A stretch of 64,000 nucleotides of DNA from Macrostomum lignano (lineage: Eukaryota). A model generated the notes under the pieces. The model was given only the letters and a program-made list of their open reading frames with translations, did no database searches and had not been told where the DNA came from. Shown piece by piece: positions 1-12,000 of this stretch. The stretch lies in contig NIVC01002450.1 in NCBI GenBank assembly GCA_002269645.1, positions 62,001 to 126,000 on the forward strand, in the 5' to 3' direction. The translations under genes and the position numbers were made by a program. Each line of letters begins with the position of its first letter. Within the stretch, counting starts at the first letter, position 1.

Positions 1-3000
1 GATAACTGGCGGCAGAGTCCAACAGGTCTGAAGAACTGTCAGATTGAGAATCGCCAGTTGCCGAGGCGCCGGACACGAATGCGGACGAGCCGGCCGCGAC
101 CGAGGCGGCCGCAGCGGCAATGGGATCGGCGTAGCCGCACCCGATGGACAGCAGGCGGCCTGGCCCGGCCGAGCACAGATGCCGGACGTAGGGTTCGTCC
201 GGCCGGTGCAGCCGGACACAGAGCTGGCCGGGCGAGCTGGTGGCCGGATTGTAGCTGGCCACGTGGCCAGAGGCGGCACCGAGCACGAGTTCGAGGCCAA
301 CGAAGGCCAAGGCGGTGATCTGGCAGTCGGTGGCTGTTCGAAAAAGGGCGGACCGCAGTGCGTGAGATTTTAAAGTCTTGGAAGATCTCACACCCTTAGT
401 TGAGACACCCCACACCAACAGTTGAGACATCCCACACCAAAAGTTGAGACATCTCACACCCCACACTTGAGACATCTCATACCCCCAGATGAGACATCTC
501 ACAACCTTAGTTCAGACATCTCACACCCACAGACAGACATCTCACACCCACAGTTGAGACATCTCACACTCACAGATGAGACATCTCACACCCACAGTTG
601 AGACATCTCACACCCACAGTTGAGACATCTCACAACCACAGTTGAGACATCTCACACCCACAGATGAGACATCTCACACCCACAGTTGAGACATCTCACA
701 CCCACAGTTGAGACATCTCACACTCACAGTTGAGACATCTCACACTCACAGTTGAGACATCTCACACCCTCAGTTGAGACATCTCACACCCTCAGTTGAG
801 ATATCTCACACCCCAGATGAGACATCTCACATCCACAGTTCAGACATGTTACACCCGTATATGAGAATTTCACCTGAGAAGCCGGCCCCGGCCAGTGTGG
901 CACCCAGCTCGGGCAGCAGCTCGGTCAGGCAGACCCTGCCAAGGTGCCGCCTGTCCTTGGCCGACCAGAGCTGCGCCACGCTGCCGGGAAAAGCGTAGCT
1001 GACTACCAGCTCGCCTCGCTCGTCAGAATCGATCAGAGCCGTCGTCTTTGTAGTCGCCTTTGAAGAATTCGCGGCCGCGGACGGTTGGCTAGCCAGTTCG
1101 GGATCGTCCAGCACCGCCAGCTGACGGACGGCCAGCGATTCGGCGAACGAGTGCACCGAGAGCCGGCCGCCGCGGTGGCCCAGCCAGAGTTCCCTGAAAT
1201 TGAGGGAATCAGTCAGGATTTGGTGTCACTACAGGGGAGACAGCGAAGTAAACAGGCTAAGACACAGGGGAGGAACCAGGGAGACACAGAGAAGCAACAG
1301 GGAAGACACAGAGAAGCAACAGGGAAGACACAGGGAAGCAACAGGGGAGACACAGGGAAGCAATAGGGAAGACACAGGGAAGCAACAGGGGAGACACAGG
1401 GAAGCAACAGGGGAGACACAGGGAAGCAACAGGGGAGACACAGGGAAGCAACAGGGGAGACACAGGGAAGCAACAGGGGAGACACAGGGAAGCAACAGGG
1501 GAGACACAGGGAAGCAACAGGGGAGACACAGGGAAGCAACAGGGGAGACACAGGGAAGCAACAGGGGAGACACAGGGAAGCAACAGGGGAGACACAGAGA
1601 AGCAATAGGGAAGACACAGGGAAGCAACAGGGGAGACACAGGGAAGCAACAGGAGAGACACAGGGAAGCGACAGGTGAGACACAGGGAAGTGAACAGGGG
1701 AGACACGGGAAGCAACAGGTAGAATTTGGGGATGCAAAAAACCGGGAGAGACACCATAGAAACCCCATAGCAACCAAGCCCCAGCTCACCCAGTATCCGG
1801 TAGGAAATGCGCCACAGTGGGCCGCAGCTCGAACGCCGGCGGTTCAACATCCGCCGCCGAAGGCGTCTGCTGCCGATAGGCCGCGCTGCCGTAGAGGCGC
1901 ACCCCGCCAGAGGCTAGAAATACCAGCACGGCGGGCCGCGCTGCCAGCAGCTGCTGGAATGAATCCTGCGGCTGCTGGCCCGGCCGCAATACGGGAATCT
2001 CGGCCACTCGCTCCCAGTTGTCGCAGTCGAACACGGCCAAGATGCCGGTGGAGAGGCCAACCCACAGTTTGGCGTGGTCAGGCTCAACGCACATAGCCTG
2101 AGGCCGGACGCCAAGTCCGAAGGTGTGCACCAGGCGGCAGCGGCGGACGCGGCCTCTGCGGATTTTTTGTTGCAGGCTTCTGTTTGAAGGCCCCCCCTAC
2201 TGTACAAATGTGTGCTAAAGTTTCCATACGAACCTATTATTGATAGCTCATGACTCCTCGCTGCTACCTTCTCCGCTCCTGCTACCCTCCCGCTCCTGCC
2301 ACCCTCCCCTCTCCTGCCACCCTCCCCACTCCTGCCACCCTCCCCACTTCTGCCACCCTCCCCACTCCTGCCACCCTCCCCACTCCTGCCACCCTCCCCA
2401 CTTCTGCCACCCTCCCCACTCCTGCCACCCTCCCCACTCCTGCCACCCTCCCCACTTCTGCCACCCTCCCTACTCCTGCCACCCTCCCCACTCCTGCCAC
2501 ACTCCCCACTCCTGCCACCCTCCCCACTCCTGCCACCCTCCCCACTCCTGCCACACTCCCCACTCCTGCCACCCTCCCCACTCATGCTACCTCCCCACTC
2601 CTGCCACCCTCCCCACTCCTGCCACCCTCCCCACTCCTGCCACCCTCCCCACTCCTGCCACACTCCCCACTCCTGCCACACTCCCCACTCCTGCCACCCT
2701 CCCCACTCATGCTACCTCCCCACTCCTGCCACCCTCCCCACTCCTGCCACCCTCCCCACTCCTGCCACCCTCCCCACTCCTGCCACCCTCCCCACTCCTG
2801 CCACCCTCCCCACTCCTGCCACCCTCCTCACTCCTGCCACCCTCCCCACTCCTGCCACCCTCCCCACTCCTGCCACCCTCCCCGCAAATCCAATCAAAGC
2901 CGGAACCGCCCTCCCGCAAGGCTCACTTAGCCAACTCGTAGGTCTCCAGCCGGGCCTGTCGCCCAGACGGCTCCAGGCTGGCCAGCCACAGAGCTGACGA

Positions 3001-6000
3001 GTCCAGGCCCGCCCGGCCGATGCACAGCGGTGCCGCTCGCATCGCGCACGCATCCGAAACGCGCACAAAAGCGGCGCTCTGACAGGCGGCCCGAATCTGA
3101 GCAGCCGACGGTCTCAGTCGGGAGCTCTGAGCCCAGCAAACGGCCAGCAGGTCGAGCAAAGGCACGGGAACTCCGGCCACATCAGTGTCGTACAGCAGTG
3201 GCCGGCCGCCCTTCAGAATGTAGGACACCAGATTCTGGCGGACACTTTTCGTCGCCTCGTCAATAAAAGGCGGCTTCAGAGTGATGAGCTCGTACAGCAG
3301 CATGCCGAAGCTGTAGATGTCGGCCTTCTCTGTGTAAGTCTCCTCGCCGTGAAACTCCAAGATCTCTGGGGCCATGTAAGCCAGGGTCCCAGCGTAGCCT
3401 CGGTAGCTGCCGGGGATGGGTGCTAGTCTTTATTAATTTATACGAGATCTCCTACTAAACAGTAGTAATAATAATAATAATGCTAATTGATTACACCTGC
3501 CCCAATGGCCAGATGTGCAACCGCCAGCTCAGCCGCAGCTATTGCGCGGCGCATCTGAAGGCTGCGTACGGCTGTTCAGTCCAAGGACTGGGGGGTCGCC
3601 ACACACAGCCTCAATTACCCCAGCTAATGCTGGTACCCATTTTACAGCAGGGTGAACTGAAGCAACGCAGAGTTAAGTGTCTTGCTTAAGGACACAAATT
3701 GTTCCGAGTGAGTTGAGATTCGAACCCCAGACCTTTTAGACGTGAGTCCGACGCTCTGACCACTAGGCTACAACTACTTAATAACTAACCATCGACATGC
3801 GACCAGATAATACGCTAGCTGGAAACCCAGCAGTCATGCCCAGTTCGCTGACCCTAGAGCAGCACACGCTCACACAGGGTGTACAGCTGCCCTGACTTCC
3901 TAATCATCAGGCATGTACACTCGCTGTGCCTTGGGACTTCAAATTACGTGGCTGTGCACAAAAGTCAGACACCGAGTCAACCTCTGAGCAACTCTGACCG
4001 CCACCACTGAAGCAACTCAGACACGCACCCGTCGGGCACGGTGGTCCTGCTGATGCCGTAGTCCGCCAGCGCCACCCGCAGAAGGCCTCCGTGATGATGC
4101 TCGGCCGCTGGCTGGCCGCCGCCGCCACCGACTGCTGCCCCTTCGTTGCCGCCTCCGCTACCGCCACGATCGCCGCTGCCGCCTCCTATGCCGGCGCTGC
4201 CACCGCCAACGACGCCAGCGTCAGCAGCGTCGTTAACGTCGGTACCGACGGCGCATGGCGGCGGTAAATTCCATACTAGACAATTCTCGGCCTTCAAATC
4301 CCGATAGATGATGCACAGCGAGTGCAGGTGCGACAGGGCGTCAGCGATCTGATAAACAAGGCTGCGCAGCACCCCGACTGGAAGGCGGTAGCCCGCCTGC
4401 CTGTAGCTGGCCAGGTGTCTGCAACAAAGTCAGCGAGTGTTCCAGACTCTTCTTGTATTCTAAATTGTCTGCTACAGACAGCCTGTTGTAAACTGTGTCA
4501 GCTACAGACAGCCTGTTGTAAGCTGTGTCAGCTACAGACAGCCTGTTGTAAACTGTGTCAGCTACAGACAGCCTGTTGTAAACTGTGTCAGCTACAGACA
4601 GCCTGCTGTAAGCTGTGTCAGCTACAGACAGCCTGTTGTAAACTGTGTCAGCTACAGACAGCCTGTTGTAAACTGTGTCAGCTACAGACAGCCTGTTGTA
4701 AACTGTGTCAGCTACAGACAGCCTGTTGTAAACTGTGTCAGCTACAGACAGCCTGTTGTAAACTGTGTCAGCTACAGACAGCTTGTTGTAAACTGCCTGT
4801 CATAAGCCCCTACCTGTCCAGAGCACCCTGGGGCGCCAGCTCAAGCAGCAGGGAGAGCGGCTTGGGCGCCAGAACTCCATACAAATTGAGCACATTAGGA
4901 TGATGCAGCCTGAGCAGTATGTGCAGCTCAGACCGGGCCTGCAGGTAGGACTTGCAGCAGCACTGCACTGCTTCCATCTCCCAGCGCCGGGCCTCCTCCT
5001 TATAGAGCCGCTGGTCCTCCTCTGAGCAGTCGGCCGTCAGCGGGTAGGGGACCAGCAGCTTCACCGCAGCGTACTGCTCGCCTTCCTTTGTCTGAGCAAG
5101 TAAAAAGGCACGGTTTGAGATCGGATTAAAAAGAGAGAGAACCAATTTATGAAAAGCCGATTAGAGACTCACTCGAATAGAGCCGGAGAATACTGTGCCG
5201 AAATTGCCTTTACCGATGAAGGACAGAATCTTCACCTGCTCTATTGACAGTATCTTGTCCGGATCCAAATCTTGGAACATCTGTTGATTGGTTCGACAAA
5301 CACGTGGGGCTCTTGATTTTACGGGTTTATAATAGCGTGGCGCAGAGTTTTGGGGAGCGTGAATACAGTGGTGAAAATAGGGGGAATAGGGAGATGTACA
5401 TTGGTGCAAGGGGTTAGAACGGGCAGATGTACATTGGAGGAAGGGGTTAGAGAGGACAGATGTACATTTGTGAAGGGGGTTAGAGTGGCGAAGTGTACAT
5501 TGGTGGAAGTGTCATGAGTATTTAAGCAGATTTTATGGGCCAATTAGCTTGTCAAACAACTCACTAAATCAGGCGCATTGAATTCCTTTTTGTGAACGGG
5601 ACACTGCAGAATCACCTGCTTCTCAAGGTAATTGTAGATAAATTCTTCGACCGCGGCACAGTAGACAACGTCACTGTAATTAGTAAAAATAATTAAGATG
5701 AAGATATTAAATATTAAAATTCAAAATCTTTAGTCAATTAGCTTAAAAAACCTCAAAAGCTAGAAAGTTTATAAACAACATTACAGGTCACCAGGTCATA
5801 ATAAAAATCAAAAGTTATTAAGTCATAAGAGCCCGAAGGTCATTAGCTCATAAAAGTCATAAGCTCATAAAACATCAGAGGTCATAAGCTCATAAGAACA
5901 TCAGAGGTCATAAGCTCATAAGAACACTGGAGGCCATAACTCATAAGAACACCAGAGGCCATAAGCTCATAAGAACAGCAGAGGCCATAACTCATAAGAA

Positions 6001-9000
6001 CATCAGAGGTCATAACTCATAAGAACATTAGAGGTCATAAGCTCATAAGAACATCAGAGGTCATAAGCTCATAAGAACATTAGAGGTCATAAGCTCATAA
6101 GAACATCAGAGGTCATAAGCTCATAAGAACATCAGAGGTCATAAGCTCATAAGAACACCAGAGGTCATAATTTCATAAGAACATCAGAGGTCATAAGCTC
6201 ATAAGAACATCAGAGGTCATAAGCTCATAACAACACCAGAGGTCATAAGCTCATAAGAACACCAGAGGTCATAAGCTCATAAGAACACCAGAGGCAATTA
6301 GAACGTTAGAACACAATAGGAATCGGGTAATAAAAAAGCTAGATTCTACGAGGTCAATAGAACGCAAGAGGCTACGTGGTCATAAGGGCGCTAAAGGTTA
6401 CGGGGTCAAAGAACACCAAATGTCACGAGGTTACGTAGCAAAAGTCGGACTCACTCTCTCGTAGACCCGGCGTCAGCGTTGACCCGGCCAATCACGGTGG
6501 GAAAGTGCTCGTTGCTAACCACATCCCAGGAGGTTTTCGGCACGCCGCGCCGGCTAACCTGCTGGGCGTACAGGCACAGCTGACAGGGGCACAGACGGGT
6601 CACTAGGAACATTCCTTCGGCTGTCTGGTTGAACCTGGTGCCCAAGTCTGGGAACCAATCCTCCAATAGCGAGTCGATGTGCTCCACGACCTGAGATAGC
6701 GATCGAACGGATTAGAGAAGTTATCACGATGCAAAACAACAGATGGCGAGCCGTGCAACACTTTGTCTTAAGCCTTTTAATCCTAAACCGTGTGATACAT
6801 GCAGCTGACCTTAAATCTCACCTGAGTTGATAGCTGACCCTAAATCTCACCTGAGTTGATAACTGACCCTAAATCTCACCTGAGTTGATAATAACTGACC
6901 CTAAATCTCACCTGTGAGTTGATAACTGACCCTAAATCTCACCTCACCTGAGTTGATAACTGACCTTAAATCTCACCTGTGAGTTGATAACTGACCCTAA
7001 ATCTCACCTGTGAGTTGATAACTGACCCTAAATCTCACCTGTGAGTTGATAACTGACCCTAAATCTCACCTGTGAGTTAATAACTGACCCTAAATCTCAC
7101 CTGTCAGTTGATAACTGACCCTAAATCTCACCTGAGTTGATAATAACTGACCCTAAATCTCACCTGAGTTGATAACTGACCCTAAATCTCACCTGTGAGT
7201 TGATAACTGACCCTAAATCTCACCTGTGAGTTAATAACTGACCCTAAATCTCACCTGTCAGTTGATAACTGACCCTAAATCTCACCTGTGAGTTGATAAC
7301 TGACCCTAAATCTCACCTGAGTTAATAACTGACCCTAAATCTCACCTGAGTTAATAACTGACCCTAAATCTCACCTGTCAGTTGATAACTGACCCTAAAT
7401 CTCACCTGTGAGTTGATAACTGACCCTAAATCTCACCTGCCAGTTGATAACTGACCCTAAATCTCACCTGTGAGTTGATAACTGACCCTAAATCTCACCT
7501 GCCAGTTGATAACTGACCCTAAATCTCACCTGTGAGTTGATAACTGACCCTAAATCTCACCTGCCAGTTGATAACGGACCCTAAATCTCACCTGTGAGTT
7601 AAAACACCCTAAATCTCACCTGTGAGTTAAAACACCCTAAATCTCACCTGTGAGTTGATAACTGACCCTAAATCTCACCTGCCAGTTGATAACTGACCCT
7701 AAATCTCACCTGTGAGTTAAAACACCCTAAATCTCACCTGTGAGTTAAAACACCCTAAATCTCACCTGTGGGATAACTGCAACAAAGATCCCATAGAATC
7801 TATGGGATTATCTATTCAGCAACAAATGATGGGCCCAGTATAAAGTGTATAAGTCGGAATCAATTAAGGTTGGCTCTCAGCGAACCTTGTTAAGCAGACC
7901 AGTGGCAGCCTGCCTGCTGCACCTCAGGTGGTAGCTGCCGATGCGAGTGCCAGGCAGACCTTCGCTCGGCTCTAATCGAATGTCGGTCAGGGGCAGTCGA
8001 ATCTCCAACAGGCTCATCTGCTCGGCCGGCGTGGCCAAATCGTGTTGGCTGCCGTCGAATAGGACTCGATAAGAGAGGGATTTGAGCAGCTCCGATTGGC
8101 TGTCGGCCGAGGAGGAGCCGCTCTGAACCTGAGGGAGTTCAGGTAGGCAATGGGAATTACTGGGAAACTGCTAGGCAGGCTAGAGTGGTTGCTTAAGCGG
8201 GCTATATTGGTTGCTAAGTTGGATATAGTGGCTACTAGGTTGGGATATGGTAGTTGCTGAAAGGCTATAGACGTTGCTAGGCGGGCTTTAGTAGTTGCTA
8301 GGCGGGTTACAGTGGTTTCTAGGCTGGCTGCAGTGGTTGCTAGGCGGGTTATAGTGGTTGCTAGGCGGGCTATAGTAGTTGCTAGGCGGGTTATAGTGGT
8401 TGCTAGGTGGGTTTTAGTGGTTGATTATTTAGTGGTTACCTTATATAGTGGTTGCTGCGCGGTTTCTAGGGGTTGCTGCGCGGTTTCTAGCGGTTGCTAG
8501 ACTGGTTATAGTGGTTGCTAAGCAGGATATGGGGCTCCTAGGCGGGATATGGTGGTTGCTAAGCAATGTGGTTAGAAAAAAACAGCGACATACATGTAGG
8601 ACCAAAAACCCGATATTAAACTAACCTCTTTGCAGCTGAGCACTAGCACGTCGCAGGCGTAGAGTTCTACTCCGGTCTGCCAGGGCAGCCAGTAGGCTCG
8701 CTGCCGAAGCGCCTCGGGAAAGTCAGACAATCGTTCAACGCCCTGCAAATAGCTCAATCGGTACAGCCCCTTAGCCGTGTTGGCAAAGTGCCGATCTCCA
8801 ATAAGCTTAGTGAGCAGCCGAGGCCAGAAGCCCGACGGGAAGTAGGTCATGATGTACAGGCGACTCAGTTGGCGGCTGATATCGGCGCTTTCGCATTTCA
8901 GACTAAATTTAGTTTTAGTGGGGCCGAGACGCAATTCGGGTTGAGTTGAAATTGGCGGCGGCTGTTGCTGTTGCGACTGCGGCAGCTTCTGAGCCGAGGC

Positions 9001-12000
9001 GCCTAGCCGAGAATCGATGTCATCCAGTTTAACGTAGAACATCGTAGCCTCGGTGCCCGGCTCCTTGGGCGGAAAGGGCACGTACACCGGGGCGGAGCTC
9101 GACTGGCTGGAAGCGGCGAAGGAGGCTCCGTTTGCCCGTTGATGAGGAACAGCGACTGACGCGGAGGCGGCGGCGGCGGAGGAGGAGGAGACCAGGCTGA
9201 GCTTGGCGCGTTCCAGGCTGTGCGCTGGCACGGCGGCGTCGTCTCGCAGGGGAATCCGGCTGGCCCGGCTGCCCAGACCGCCGGCCTGCGTACTGGGGCT
9301 GACCGGCAGCAGCGAGGGAATCAGCAGCTGGTCGTTTTCTACCTGAATTTCGTGAGTTGAGGGTTTGGAGAACCAGTGGATCGCAGTGGAGCACTCAGTA
9401 TTGACAGATAGATAGAAAAACATTTTTGACAGCCGAAAAAGTAGAGAAAGGGGAGGGAGGTAGAAGGAGATGAGACAGAGGAAGAGGGAGAGGAGAGAGG
9501 GAGATGGAGAGGGAGATGGAGAGGGAGACGGAGAGGGAGACAGAGAGGGAGACGGAGAGGGAGACGGAGAGGGAGACGGAGAGGGAGACGGAGAGGGAGA
9601 CGGAGAGGGAGACAGAGAGGGAGACGGAGAGGGAGACGGAGAGGGAGATGGAGAGGGAGACGGAGAGGGAGATGGAGAGGGAGACGGAGTGGGAGACGGA
9701 GAGGGAGACGGAGAGGGAGACGGAGAGGTAGATGGAGAGGTAGATGGAGAGGGAGACGGAGAGGGAGACGGAGAGGGAGACGGAGAGGGAGATGGAGAGG
9801 GAGACGGAGAGGGAGACAGAGAGGGAGACGGAGAGGGAGACGGAGAGGGAGACGGAGAGGGAGACGGAGAGGGAGACGGAGAGGGAGACGGAGAGGGAGA
9901 CAGAGAGGGAGACGGAGAGGGAGACGGAGAGGGAGATGGAGAGGGAGACGGAGAGGGAGATGGAGAGGGAGACGGAGAGGGAGACGGAGTGGGAGACGGA
10001 GAGGGAGACGGAGAGGGAGACGGAGAGGGAGACGGAGAGGGAGACGGAGAGGGAGACGGAAAGAAAAATGGAACAAAAGCAAACAAAATTATAGCACAAA
10101 GACGAGATGTTGCAAATAAAAAAATGCAGACACATTTTCACTGCTTAGAAGAGTATAGAGACTATCTAAAAAGGGGAAGCAGCCTCACCAACAGAGCCAG
10201 CTCAAATTTGCCCAGCAGGCGGACAATGTAGCTCCTCATCTCCGCTGGCCGGCAGGCGCCGCTGTTGCCGTGAAAGACCCAATGCAGGTGCTCAACTGGC
10301 ATCAAACCGCCACGGACCCACTTGTTATTTTCCGGCGTGGTGACCACCTGCGCTAGCAAGTCGCACAGCCATTGCGGATCAAGGAAGTAGATGTCCCGAA
10401 GACCAACATCCTGAATGAGGGAGAATTTAGCTTTTACTGCCCAATCCACCGACTTCTTTGAGCAGGCACACAAGCGCGCGGATACGTACGCAGTCATACG
10501 CACAGGCACACACTCACACAGGAGTGTACAGCGGCCCTAATTTTATTTATCTATAGGGATGCACGTACACTTTACTAGGAGCAGAGCCAAGCCGAGATTC
10601 TAATTTAGCCCCAAATTAATGTGACTGCACTGGGAATCGAGCCTGGGTCGCTGGCACATCAGAGCGCCGCGCCAGACCACTGAGATACGGCCCCCTTTAG
10701 AAGAATTTGACTTTGTTATTTTGAAGGGGATCTCTGCTGACTTACAGATAGCGAGGAAGCAATTAACTTCAAGCTGCCAGATGGTCAGCAGAGCTGCCCT
10801 ATGCTAACAGTAGTAGCTGCCGATAATATTAATATAATTATGTCTTCTATGGTTGAGACAAGCCTACATGTAAATAATTAACTCAATTTTTTGACCGGAT
10901 TTTTTGCTTTGACAACAAAACTAAATCACTGAAATCCGGATCAAAATTCCGGACCAAAATTCCGGAACCCAGATCACTGAAATCCGGATAAAAATTCCGG
11001 ACCAAAATTCCGGAACCCTGATCACTGAAATCCGGATCAAAATTCCGGACCAAAATTCCGGAACCCAGATCACTGAAATCCGGATCAAAATTCCGGACCA
11101 AAATTCCGGAACCCAGATCAGTGAAATCCGGATCAAAATTCCGGACCAAAATTCCGGAACCCAGATCACTGAAATCCGGATCAAAATTCCGGACCAAAAT
11201 TCCGGAACCCAGATCACTGAATCACGAAAATCAGCCCAGAATTTTCGAATTCAACTACCAACTTAAGGGAGGGTAAATTGACAAAAAGTCTATTAACGCA
11301 ACATATCGGTAGTCGACTTCTGCTGCAAGTTCAAGAAGCTTCTCAGAATCACTTGCGTCGCCCCACAGTCGTTTTAGAGCCGGTGCAGGAAACACAGGTA
11401 AAATAGGAAGGAAGTGACTCTAGACGACTCTAAAACGACGAGATGTCCTTGTCCTTGTTTAATTGTCTGCGACTCTGGGGCGCTTCTAGAATGAATCAGG
11501 GGCCTTTCCGTCGCATTGCAGTCGTTTGAGTCGTTAAACAAAGTCACAAGAGTCGCCCCAAAGTCGCTAGTGAGTTGTTTGCAATCACTGTTTAGCGATT
11601 CTTGTCACGATAAACAATCTAACCTTAAAGTGCAATATAGATCCGACATCGTGCAGGAAGGCGGTAGCCTGCATCAGTTCGCTAGCGTTGGCAAAGGATT
11701 TGCCAAATTTGTCGAGCATTCGATCTTGCACTACGCTGGCGTAGTCTTCGGCTGGCAGCACCGGGTCTTTCGATTGGTTCTTCCGCTCGTCTGCCAGCTC
11801 GCGGAGCACAGTCTCCAGGTCCATGTAGATGGCCGGTATGGACTCGCCAACTATGTAGCTGCTGCGGCTGCCGGGCAGTGTGAGCTCCTTGGCCGTGGCG
11901 AACAGCATGTCTGCCAGCGCCTGCAGATTTGTGCCCCGTACGCAGCTCACGTGAATCTGCGAGGGTGATGGGCAGATATTAGCCTTTTGATGATGAAGTA

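Larger units (their letters stand above)
2927..5280 (-). other. LRRK protein kinase domain (exons 16-19)
   Basis: [82 protein letters not shown]. Confidence 0.95.

Noticed and set aside
6805-7770. TTTAGGG (telomere-like) once per repeat unit
   Set aside because: Not tandem telomeric repeats; it is a single heptamer inside a 31-bp unit.
11360-11450. GTCGTTTTAGAG / CTCTAAAACGAC inverted pair resembling Cas9 repeat-tracr sequence
   Set aside because: A 12-bp coincidence in a eukaryotic intron; at most an old inverted-repeat remnant.
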